A DNA stretch of 64,000 nucleotides from Phyllosticta citribraziliensis (taxonomy: Eukaryota): positions 1,240,001 through 1,304,000 of the forward strand of contig NW_027117338.1 of the NCBI RefSeq assembly GCF_038025025.1, in the 5' to 3' direction. Below are positions 1-11,400 of the stretch, piece after piece. Each line of letters begins with the position of its first letter. Position 1 is the first letter of the stretch. The notes below the pieces were generated by a model, which was given only the letters and a program-made list of their open reading frames with translations, did no database searches and was not told the origin of the DNA. The translations under genes were made by a program, and so were the position numbers.

Positions 1-29
1 GCACTTTCGAACAAATCTGACTGCAGTAG

Positions 30-820
30 CATGGATTGTCTGGACCGTACAAACGTCGTTCAAAGCATGCTTGGTCGGTACATGCTGAGCAGGATGCTCA
101 TCGACCTTGGTATGCTGCGCGAAGGTGAAAATGCACAAGATGACCTTGCGTTTGAGCACTTGTTTCGCAACATCTGGGCCGACAATGCAGACGTCGTCTC
201 CAAGTCTTACTCCGGCACCGGTGCTCTCAAGACCGATTTCACTCGTACGGGAGAGCGAACGAAAATGGGCATGTTGCAAGACCTGAACAATTCGTGCACC
301 CGCTACGTGCGCAACAACTTTCTAGACGGCCCTCGACAGGATGCGTTTGATCTGTTCCTCGGCACCTATCTTCCTTCTCACTCCAACATTGGCAACAGTA
401 TGCTGTTCATAGACCGAAGGCCTACTGCCATACAGGCCGTGCCTTATATCTTGGCCGGCTGTCTTTTCTTCATTTTCGTAGCCTCGTGCACAAGACGCGC
501 CCCCGATGCCGCTGTCTGGCCCTTGAGGATTCTTGTCGTTGCAGCCTTAGTCGTCTCCCTCGTCTGCTTCCGTTTTGTCCAAGCACACGGTAGTCTCTAC
601 GTGAGTAGCTCATTTGCAACACTTTGGAGCCAATGCTAATCGTACCTAGGTCAACTGGCCCAAGCTCAACACCCCTCCCTGGGCAGTCGACGGCTATCAA
701 GATGCGATGAACAAGGTGCAGAAAGATCCACTTCTCGGCCCCATCGTTGCAAGGCACGAGAGAGGCAAGAGCACCATGGGCTTGGGATACCTAGAGGAGG
801 GCAAGAAGAGGATAGAGTAG
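30..820 (+). CDS. SAC1: Phosphoinositide phosphatase Sac1, 3' part (5' end lies outside the window)
   Basis: (C)MDCLDRTNVVQ is the Sac CX5R catalytic motif; the first Cys codon is apparently split by an intron ending CTGAC...TAG at 29. Also present: WADNAD, YSGTGALKTDFTRTG, DGPRQDAFDLFLG and two C-terminal TM helices. Intron 601-649 (GTGAGT...GCTAAT...TAG); last exon VNWPKL...GKKRIE*. Confidence 0.95.
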
Positions 821-1144
821 TTTTCGACGGGTTTTACCTGGCGTTTCTCGAGAGTATTAATCTCTGGGAGTTTAGTTTAGGGTAGGCCAAAGTTCTATGG
901 CTTGGGATACCAACAGCTTTTTTAAAAAGTAGTTTCAAAACGGGGTCTGGTTACCATCAATCACATGTGTTGTTTCTGTACCTGGTCGTGTGGCACCCTT
1001 GACGTCTGCCACTGTGGCGCCGACAACGGCCAAGCCCGAGTCCGCGGCGGCGCAAGCTCGCGTCCGAAAATCAACTTCGCGGATTGCACTGCAACCATCA
1101 CCAGCACACCATCCGACGCTCCTCCTCTCCTTCAGCAGCCCGCC

Positions 1145-3172
1145 ATGCTGCGCGTCCCCCTCTCAAGGTCAAGGCACTTGACTGCCGGTGCCATCGCACG
1201 GAGAAGCGGATCCCAATGGCTCGCTGCGCAGCGAGTGGGAGCTGCTGGCTTCGGCCAGGTACACTTATCCAACATTGAAAGAACTCCATCGACGAGGCTG
1301 ACCAATATTTCGCAACTACAGCGCCACTTTGCCGACCAGAAGAAACCTGACGAGACTGTCCTCCCCGGCTCCGAAAGCGTCCATGCGCCCCGGGCTGCTG
1401 CTCCGTCGACCTCTCCCGCACAACCCATCATCAACCCCAATGACGTACCCTTGACTCCCCCAGCTCCTGGCACAAGTGGCAGTGGCACGGGAGTGCCCAC
1501 TGGAACCGGGACTGCATCCACGGCACCTCCATCTCTGCCGCCCAAGAAGGGCCGCTTCCGCCGCTTTCTCACAACCCTGCTGCTCCTGACTGCTCTTGGC
1601 TATGGCGGTGGTGTTTACTACGCTCTTGTATCTGACAATTTCCACGACTTCTTTACAGAGTACGTTCCATTTGGCGAGGACGCCGTGGGATACTTTGAGG
1701 AGCGCCAGTTCCGGAAGCGTTTCGCCGAGGGAACGGCGGGCAGCAACAGGCTGCATCAACAGGTGCGCGGCGAAAACAAGGTCACCATCCCAAGCAAGAG
1801 CGGCTTGAGCTGGAAAGTGGCTGGCGAGGAGGAGGAAAAGCAGAAGAGTGGTCGTGCCAGTGACTTGTCGCACAAGGGCAAGCACGCCAGCGCCGTCGAA
1901 GAAACTGCAAAAGAGTCCGAGAAGAAGGCTGCCCCTTCAAAGGCCAAGAAGGAAGAGAAGAAGGAGGGCACACCTGTGGCAGCGCCCGCTGTCACCCCGA
2001 TCGACAAGGTCGAGCTCAAGCAAGCCGCTGAGCCCGTCGTCCAGGATGTTGTCAAAATCGTCAACGACATCATTACCGTGATCGGCTCCGACAACACTGG
2101 CGGCAAGTACAACAGCGCGATCGAAAAGGCCAAGGCACAGCTCACCAAGGTCATTGGTGAGATCGAGACCCTCAAGGCTGCCTCAGAGAAGCAGGCCCAG
2201 GACAAGATCCGCAACTTGCACACGGAGTTTGACAACGGCGCCAAGGAGCTCGTCAAGCGTATAGAAGCCGAGATGCACGAACAGGAGGCTCGTTGGAAAG
2301 AAGAATTCGAGGCCGAGCGCGAGAAGCTTTCTCAGAGCTACCAGACGAGGTTGAACGCAGAACTTCAGGCAGCCAAGGAGCTTTACGAGCAACAGCGCAA
2401 GAACGAGCTCCTCGAGCAGTCTATCGCCCTCCAGCGTCAATTCGCCACCTCTGTCCGCGAGCATGTTGAGAAGGAACGCGAGGGCCGTTTGGCCAAGCTG
2501 GGTGAGCTCTCCAACTCCGTTGCTGAGTTAGAGCGTCTCACCGCCGAGTGGAACTCTGTCATCGACACCAACTTGCGTACCCAACACATGCTTGTGGCCG
2601 TCGAGGCCGCTCGCGCTGCGGTTGAGAAGACTGACCGCCCTCGTCCTTTCGTCGAGGAGCTGGCTGCCATCAAGGAGGTTGCGTCCGACGACCCGGTGGT
2701 CAACGCTGTGATTGCGTCCATCAACCCAAGTGCTTATCAGAAGGGTGTGCCTACTCCTAGCCAGCTCGTCGACCGTTTCCGTCGCGTTGCAGCCGAGGTG
2801 CGAAAGGCCGCCCTGTTGCCCGAGGATGCTGGTGTGGCTTCTCACGCTGCAAGCCTTGTGCTGAGCAAGGTCATGTTCAAGAAGGGACCCGACGGTCAGG
2901 GTCTACCCGTCGGTGACGATGTCGAGAGTGTCCTCACGCGGACAGAGATGCTTCTCGAGGAGGGCAACATTGATGCGGCAGCAAGAGAGATGAACGGGCT
3001 CAACGGCTGGGCCAAGGTTCTTGCCAGGGACTGGCTCGGTGATGCCAGGAGAGTTCTGGAGGTTAGGCAGGCACTTGATGTGAGTATCTCTTCTCGATGA
3101 TCCAAGCTTCGTACTGACTCGTTCTAGGTCCTCTCCACGGAAGCAAGACTCCAGAGCCTTCTTGTAGAGTAA
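1145..3172 (+). CDS. MIC60: MICOS complex subunit Mic60 (mitofilin/Fcj1)
   Basis: Arg-rich presequence MLRVPLSRSRH, a TM segment followed by DNFHDFFTEYVPFGE, a long coiled coil, and the mitofilin C-terminus (DVESVLTRTE...AAREMNGLNGWAKVLARDWL..ARRVLEVRQAL). Introns 1259-1321 and 3080-3127; ends VLSTEARLQSLLVE*. Confidence 0.95.
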
Positions 3173-3596
3173 ATAAAGGTAGAAAGTTGAGGAAGTTGAT
3201 TTGGGAAGACAGCAGCATCTATCCATCTATCAAGCCCCTGGACTTCTCCCGTGTACCCTAATCCAGAGTCACCTGGGTGACTGTGCAGATATCTAGAGCG
3301 TTTCGCATTTCCTAGAAAATCCAAAGTTTTCGACCACGTACGACTCATATTTCATAGTGAAACAGAATTGACTGGTCACTGCAGAAGATTGAGGGTCTTC
3401 TCCAACATTCATGCGCTTAAATAAATCTCCAGCTTGCTGAGTTGTTGACTATTAAACCGTGCTACTTCAGGTTTCCAGTTCTCCTCTTTCTCCAACTCCC
3501 ACCCACAATCCGGGCAACAGATCGAGGTCTCTTGCTTGCACCACCTTTATTGCCGCAATTATTACCGGCCAGTAAATCTCCGCTTGTCAAAGAACA

Positions 3597-4019
3597 ATGA
3601 CCAGGACCTATCAGGAGCCTGGCGCCAACTGCTTCATTCCTCGCAAGAAGCCCAAAAGAAACAATAGTAGCACACCTCCGTCCGCCAACACGGGGCCAGG
3701 ATCCACCACATCTTCCACCACTCAGGAAAGCACCAAGAAGGAACAACCCCAGGACAACTACGGGTCAAAAGGGTACATCGAGCTTAGTGCCCCGACAAAC
3801 ACAGAGCGACCCGTATCTCCCGTCGGCGGCAGCGGTTGTGACAGCGGAAACAGACCGCTGGGTCCTCGCTGCTGCAATCGCCCTGGCTATGAGAAAGATC
3901 TCAGGAAGAAGGACATAGCTGCCGAGATGAACGATCTGAGTGTCTTGTTTGGCAGTACTTGCATGATTTCGGGAGCTCCGCCGTCGAGGAGTACATTTCG
4001 TGATGGGAGGAAGTGGTGA
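3597..4019 (+). CDS. Small hypothetical low-complexity protein (may continue through an intron at 4016)
   Basis: ATG in an ACAATG context after a pyrimidine-rich leader; 140-codon ORF with no recognisable domain. The TGA stop overlaps a GTGAGT donor-like site. Confidence 0.35.
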   Translation: MTRTYQEPGANCFIPRKKPKRNNSSTPPSANTGPGSTTSSTTQESTKKEQPQDNYGSKGYIELSAPTNTERPVSPVGGSGCDSGNRPLGPRCCNRPGYEKDLRKKDIAAEMNDLSVLFGSTCMISGAPPSRSTFRDGRKW

Positions 4020-4621
4020 GTTTGTCTGCAAGAGACGGTAGATGTGTACCCTTTTGCCAGACCTCTCATGTTCGGAGCGGCTTAAACGCTTGGTACGCAG
4101 CGGGAGAGAATTGTCGTTCTGGTGTTCTGGGGGCAGCCACCTGCAAGACGGCCGGTCAAGGGAAGAGCACTCAGTGAACATAAGCCATTCTTTTGCTTTC
4201 CTCCTCTGAATCTTGCCCAGGTGTATGTATAGCATGCTTTTGGCTCGTTTGTCTGACAGACAGCAAGCGTGTTTAGTTTTACAAAGGGTTGAGGATGACT
4301 TAGACATTTTGAACCACGAAACACTCCCTCTCGGAAGACAAGTGGTCAGACACCGCAAAGGGACAATGGTCTTGTTCATGTCCATGAGGTCAGACAGACT
4401 CGAAAAAAAATTGCGAGGAAGAAAGGCTTTGCCCATTGTTCGCGCGCTCAGACTCGACTCTACTTTGCTGTGCTCCGTCACTTATAAATCTCTTGCCTAG
4501 TCCACGATTCCGTTTCTTCTTCATCAAAGTCACAGACTCAAGAAAGCCATCAAGTTACTCTCAACTACCAGAACGTTCAGCTCCTCATCCATCAATCGAC
4601 TTTCAATACCAATCCCTGAAG

Positions 4622-4912
4622 ATGTCATCTAACACCAACAACAACACAAATTCCACCACCAACTCCACCGATTCCTCCACCTCCAATTCATCCTCATCAT
4701 CGTCATCAGCAGCCAACTCCTCATCTGCCGCCTCTCACGAATCTTCCTCAAGCTCTTCCTCTCCTCCGTCAGGCGATTCCAACGGTGAAGTTCGCTACGA
4801 GACCCTAAGGCAACGGCTTAACCGGCTGAGTAGGGAGGCATATGAGGCGCAAGGGGGATTGCCTTACACTCACGCTGGAAAACTTAATCCCCCCTCTGGA
4901 AAGCGGAACTAA
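4622..4912 (+). CDS. Small Ser/Asn/Thr-rich hypothetical protein (96 aa)
   Basis: TATAAAT near 4483, a C/A-rich leader, AAGATG start, and coding-like TCC/TCA/AAC codon runs. Confidence 0.5.
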   Translation: MSSNTNNNTNSTTNSTDSSTSNSSSSSSSAANSSSAASHESSSSSSSPPSGDSNGEVRYETLRQRLNRLSREAYEAQGGLPYTHAGKLNPPSGKRN

Positions 4913-6256
4913 AGGGACAAGATCCCGTATTTGTGCGGGCAATGAAGGTTAAATCGTCGAGGAAAAGCTGCAGGCGGTCTTCTTGTTTCCAGGGCAGAAT
5001 CGGGGATGGTATGAGGGTGGGAGCACGAGGGTACCAGACGACTTTACGAGCAGATGACAAAGGAGGAGTTGGGTCAAAAGAGGAGTGCTTCCTCAGTCCT
5101 GCGGACTTTTAGAGATGAGGTCAAATTGGACAGAAACACCACGACATGAAGGAGGAGCAGGAGACAAGGAAGAGGAAGAAATCATTGATATTTTCAGCCT
5201 CCCATTGCATCAAATGTGATGGATATGCGGCGTTGACCAATGAACTCATGGAAGAGCCGTCTCATTGTATGCAGCATTCCAGCATCAACTTACCGTCGTT
5301 GAATGCTAGCGTTGAGTATTTTCGTGTGCAAATCATGCATATGACATGCCACACTTTTGCGTTCGAGCCAATCAGCAAAGGGAAGCGGTTCCCAAGTCGC
5401 GGCGAATATTTTCCTCGTTAAAGTTAGTTTGAGCCACACTCGTTCAGATTTTGAAGAATTCGGCCAAGACCAAGTACAGCAGACGCCTCTATTGGCTGTG
5501 GGCGTAAACCGATGGAATGGGACACTCGCCTTTCCGCCCTGTCTTCTTGACGTGTTTTTACTTCAAACACCTCCGTGTATACCTCCGTGGAAATGCTCCT
5601 TTCTCCGCTCCGTACAGTAGCACTGCGGGCTTGTGCGTCAAAGCTGCACCATCCTGCGAATTTTCTGGCTTGAAGGTTGCGTCCGCCACCTTGAAACCAA
5701 GATCTAGACATGGATTCTATCCATTGCCGATGGCATCTGAATTTGCGAACAAGCCTAGAACGGTTGCGAAGAAACTGGGGATGCCTTGTACCCTAAAGTT
5801 GAAATCTCATCCCCAGTGGGTGTCAAAGTAAATAGCAGCCATCTGATTTGTAATTGGTGCCAAGTGACGACAGCTCCATCGGTGTAGCAGTGATTATGCT
5901 CCTCGGTGGCAGCGTTCATGTTTGGTGAGTGTTACATTCAGCGGCAATGCCCGCCAGGACCTGCCAATTCTAACGCCAACTGAGTTTCCCTGATGTGGAA
6001 GTAGCTGGCATGTAGAAACAAAGCTGGTTATTTTCGGAGCGATATACAGCTAGCTCAGGGCGAAGGAGAGGTAGACCTCCAGGATAATGTTAACGCAAAC
6101 GCCTCCTGGAAACAAAAGGCCAAAACCTGATTGTCCATGACCGAGCCAGGACACTAAAACTCTCCGAGTCCAGTTTTGGCAGATGACGAAATTTTGAGGG
6201 AGCTTTCGTGATCGAGAACATCTGGGACCACAATTTGAATGGTGACTGATTGCAGG

Positions 6257-6900
6257 TTAATTCCGCCTCCATAAGAGCTCCTTGGCGGCGGCCACGACAC
6301 CCCTTTGCTCAGTACTCTCCACCACGCTCTTTTTTTCTACCACTTCCGCTTGCTGACTTTCCGACCCGCTATCGATGGCCGGGGTAAGGTCGCTGGCGTC
6401 AGCGGCCTCTTTCTTTTCCTTAAGCATAGCGCGCCTTCGCTCTCTCTTGGCCTTGAGCATTTTCTCTTCCTCGTCGCGAGCCTCAAGTTCGCGCAACCAA
6501 GCGTCTCTTTTGGCTGTCCTCTGCTTCTCCGTCTGGAGCTTGTCAAACTCTTTCCTCTTGTCTCTGTCCTCCTTCCAATATAGACCGCCGACGGCCATGG
6601 CAGCAATTGTGAAGCCCTGGGCATAGATGCGGCGGCGAAACATAATGTTTGTCCTCGCATGGTCGCCAGACCTCATGCTGCGGGTTGCGCTAATCAAGGC
6701 CCAAGTGGTGAGAGCCATACCGAGCGGGATGAGCGGATCTTCCTTGAGGCGCCGGGAAAGCTTCTGCCAACGACTTTCAGAGAAAAAGTCCCTATCATCG
6801 AGTCAGAAATGCGAGTGTACAGCGTGCAAGGCAAGACCGTGGAATGTGACACTCACTCGTTGCCGTCGAAGGACGACGGAAGTGGCGCGCCGCTCGACAT
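6257..6900 (-). CDS. RCF1: Respiratory supercomplex factor 1 (HIG1 domain)
   Basis: Exon 1 MSSGAPLPSSFDGNE, intron 6792-6856, then DFFSESRWQKLSRRLKEDPLIPLG...MFRRRIYAQGFT...AWLRELEARDEEEK, which are typical Rcf1 motifs. Confidence 0.93.
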
Positions 6901-7385
6901 GATGAACAACAATTGATGCGATGCGCGAGGAGATAGTAGTTTGTGTCCGAGCCCGAGCAAACATGCAAGGGAGTCCAAGGATGTCCAGGGTAGCGCGTTG
7001 TTTTCGAGCGTGTGGGCGCGGCTGGGAAGACAGAGTTGGGCTTGTCTGAAGGATTGTCGGCAACAACAAAGTGAATGCCTACGATAGTGCGGTTTGTTGG
7101 AGCATGCTGTCGTCACCATTTCGTCGCTTAATCATCGGGTAATCCGTGATGCGGGACGTCGGCGGAGCTCTTGGTGGCCAAGCGGCCCGCCATCGGCGCC
7201 ATGTTCCGCCCGTACCTACGTGGTGCAGCTTCAGATCTCCATCACATTGGACCGCCTAGCTGTTAACTTTGTTCTCGATACTCCAGGTGCTTTTCGACAG
7301 CCAATGTGAACGATCGATCACCAACAGCGCGGACATCAGGGCATGATCTCACGAGCATGACAATTCTGAACATCCCGTTCGCGAT

Positions 7386-8444
7386 ATGAACGATGAGGCG
7401 TCCCCGTCAAGCGCAGATGGGGCATCAGAACAGCCCAACCCTTCGGCTTTGGATATGGGAAGGAGGATATCTGCCCAGGAAGAATCAAACGGAACGAGTG
7501 TGGAGCAGGATGAGACGGCCCTTGCATCTGAGCAGAAGAAGAAGATCAAGACCAAGAGGATAGCTTACCTGGACGACCTTCTCCGTAGCCTGGACATCCT
7601 CATATACACAGAGATTTCCGCCGTCTACTACCTGGAGTAAGTGTTCCAGGCCTCTGTTGTGTCGAGTTGACGGAGCAGAAGCTGACGTATCGTGCAAAGC
7701 TGCTCCTTCCTGCGATTCTTTCTCCGCGCATTCATCCAGTTGCTCTGGCTCACTCCGAAGCCCGAAATCCTACCAGACATGCCCACGAACCGTCCTTACA
7801 TTTACCCAATCTGTGGGACCAATTTGATATGCCTTCTGGCCCACTTGTGGTTTACTGCGCCATCTGCCGGCGAAGCCACAAGAGGTTATTTGCACGGCGG
7901 GCTGCTCATCGACTGGATTGGTCAGCATGGACAAGCATCCAAATCGCACTTGATACTGTTGGACTTTGTCGTTTTCGGCTTGCAACTGATTATGCTCTCG
8001 GCGACCTTGAAAATGCAGAAAGTCAAGAAGAAAGGGGAACTAGTCAGAACATCCACTGCAGGCACAACTCAGGCAGATGCGGAGCCATCTTCACCTTCGG
8101 CTGGCCAGGATGTAGATTCGGAAGAACGTGGAGTGTTGAGGCGTTCGTCTACCGCGTCAAACCTGCAAGATCTTGTGCCGAATGAAAGAGATCAGCTCCA
8201 AGGCGACGAGGAACCTCCTGGTACCGACCCACAAACTATTCTGGATACCCTCAGCTCCGGACAGGCTTTGGTCGCCGAGCTCTTCGTAGCCGATACCGTT
8301 CGCGAGCAATTTGATATTGCCTTTACCGGAGAGATTCCTTCAAGAGAAACACTCCTGGGCAGCAGAGATCGGCGACTTCGACTCATGGCCGCCAGGCTTA
8401 GACAGAGAAGAGCCGCATTCAACACCAGGATCGGCAGTGGCTGA
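7386..8444 (+). CDS. DUF1746 / Dsc4-like membrane protein (DSC E3 ligase-associated)
   Basis: LDDLLRSLDILIY..SAVYYLD-CSFLRFFLRA and AGEATRGYLHGGLLIDWIGQ motifs. Intron 7637-7699 (GTAAGT...GCTGAC...AAG). Confidence 0.8.
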
Positions 8445-11400
8445 GCGGAGATGATTGGGCGCTATCAATACTCTAGCATGCGGCTCCGATAACGGCTGCT
8501 TAGTTGATCTGGCTTTCTTCACTCCGGTACATTCTCAAGATTGGGAGGTCCAAACTATCCTCGTGGAATCAAGCCAATCGTGGAGCACAATTTCTTTCGA
8601 CGGGTCATTCGGGAGCCTGAAGATGCCGCTGGGGCGACTATTTTTGTGAATACGGCGCAGAAGTCTTTCCTATTAGGCTGCTGGGGCAATTATTCAAACC
8701 TTGCTGCTTGAGCTTGGACCATCGAAATTCTACCAGAGCTGTTGCCAGGGCCACAAAGTTGCGTACCAAGCTTTAAACAAGGGATTCCGGCAAGATTACC
8801 GAGCTTGGCGGATTCCATCTAACGTTGTTTCTCTTGCAGAACATACCTCGTCCTACTGTCGGGGACCGATTGCACATACTCAAGACAAGTCCAAGAGGGG
8901 CTGCTGCTATGAAGCTGTGAAACTCATAGTCAGACATGATAGCCTTGAGTGCTTTGATCTGCAGTCGCTCAAAGAAGAGAGCACAAGTAAGCCAAGAGAT
9001 ATTGATCTGTTCCGCAAAGTATCACCCTGAGGCAACTATCACCGACGATGAGAGTCAAAACACCCACGAGGCAGGAATTATGCGCCTTCTACATGATGTC
9101 TGAGCCCTGGGCCACTGGATCATGACTTTTATCGCAACCATGCGACGACTCAGCTGGAGTGGGGGGAAAACCTTTGGAAATCCGCTGGTCTGGCACTATT
9201 CAGACGGAGCAAACACCACCCACGTCACTCTAGGGTGACTTGGACCAAGGGATCCGTTGCGCCTCCGTGCACTGCTTGCTCCACTTTCGCACCCTGTCGC
9301 CTTACATTACTGCCCTTTGGCGCCCGCCCCCAACCATCCATGTTGCGCATCACAGTGGGGATAGCCGGGGCTTTTGGTCTCGACTCAGCGCCAGACGGAA
9401 ACTCCACCTCTGCACGCAAGAGATGCTCTTAGCCTGGATCACTCTTGTTTATCTGCCCCATTGGTCTAGCGACGTGTTCACCCCAAAAGCAAACCAGACT
9501 TTTCACAAAAGATCTCTTGTTGGTCAGAATTCAAGCCCAGGTTGACAATCCACAGAGTCATCCACACGACGTCTGTCTCTTCAGATTCTTCCATGGGAAG
9601 ATTTTCCGTGGAGCCTATTTGCATAACGAGCCGCTCAACATCAGCGAATTTCACCTTTTCCTGGGCAAGCTTCCAATCATGACCCTGTCATTCCTTGATC
9701 ATCGAGATGAATTCCCCTCTCTCTCCGCAATTGTCTAGACGTGAAATGGGCATCAATCGGCTGGCGACGATGTAGAGGACTGTCCAAATCATGCCACTTC
9801 AGCTGATGTTATCCATCCCCCTTGTGCCGCGCTCTTGGTTGCACTTGTCATGGAACCGTCTCACCAGGGAAAAGACAGCTAGATGGATGCAAAGTGGTCC
9901 GAAAACAGCCTATCAAACTTTTGCTCGGCTCCTTCGCACTACCCGCTCTGCAATTTCCCGCGTCATGATTGAGCTCGGGGAACTTGACGAGGTTTTTAAT
10001 GGGAAGTCCGAACATCAGTTCTCGAAAGCAGATGACATGGAATGCTAGGCGCGAGCCCGTATCTTAATTTCTAGACCCCGTCGTGCAGACTTGCAAATTG
10101 GATTGACGAAGGAACTACTCAGGCCGTTATTGCGACAAGCCAGCCATCCTATCCATGTACGAGTCGCGTTCTTCCCATCGAGGACGGGGCTTGACAGGGA
10201 TTCAGCGTTCGACATGACAGACAAAACGCACGTGCTCTTCCCTGCATCCATCGGCCGTCATCCATTTCGTTGGCACTGTCAACGGCAGCCTGCTTAGTCA
10301 AATTCTGTATGGCGGGACGGGACGACATGGGGTAATACGAGATTCTCAATTTCGAAAGAGGGAACATCAGCCAAGAAGAGCGTCCAATTTCTATCCGTGA
10401 TGTGGTTCTTGGACCATTTTGGCAGCCATCCAGATGTGTCTTTTGAGTCTTGTCCCACGTACGCGCTACGAGCGGGCATGAAGCGGATTGAACAGGAGCT
10501 GAATCTTCATAGCAGCGTCCAAGGGTCTCGGTGAGGCGGCCTTGATTTCCGGTTGGCCTACAGGCTAGCCTGAGTTCCCGCAAAGCCTCCATCACAATGC
10601 TGTCTCGAACAACACCAAAGCTGCAGCACATCGGTCCGGTCGCGATCCAATTGGCTTCCCTTTTTGTTCGAGCTGCTGGTCATGATTGGCTCAAGTCGAC
10701 TCAGAATTCGAAATTGAAACCAATCTGATTGGTATGCATGCAGAATATAGATGACACAACGAACCAAAATGATCACCAACCGGCCCGCCTGGGCGATAAT
10801 CTGAGTTTGCTGGAAGCTTCGCAATAGTGATTGCACCTGCAAGACTTGGTGAACCTGGAACCTCGGGGTGAGATGTTTTCGCAGGAGCGAGCAGTCGTCC
10901 AGTTCTCGATGGGCATTTCACCACTGGGGCCACCCAGTCTGCGGCAACTTTAAGCTCGATGTCTTCCCCAGAATACCTTACTCCCCGCGTACAAAATGGC
11001 ATGATTCACTTCGCCTGCCACTACACGCTCATGAACAAGTCTTGCTCACCGTGCGTAGACACAAACATATCCTGTCGGATATATCTCCACGTCCAGTATG
11101 CCGCCCAAAGGCATCGGTGGCCCTTTGCGGCAGGCTTGCCCATCCCATCGCGCACCGCCCGTATTTTGTCTTTCGGCCCCTTAATAACCTTGTTGTTCCT
11201 TTTCGCTAATGCCCCCTGGCCGTTCCAAGGCTTGGGTAACGCCTGGCTGGCCTGCTGGCAGGCCGGGTGGTCTGACATGTGCGTACACCATCGACGACGC
11301 CCGCACGCATCACGCGATGCCGTGCCGTCTGTTGACGAGATTCGATGCGTGGCGCCCCTTTCTTCGCAATGTGATTCCTCTTCTGGCGTCGCCTCTTTGC

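Noticed and set aside
779..911. 13-bp direct repeat GGCTTGGGATACC, 120 bp apart
   Set aside because: Only two short copies, one inside SAC1 coding sequence; no array or element structure.
965..1144. N-terminal extension of the MIC60 ORF from 965
   Set aside because: It spans SAC1 3' flank and promoter-like sequence; the presequence-bearing ATG at 1145 fits better.
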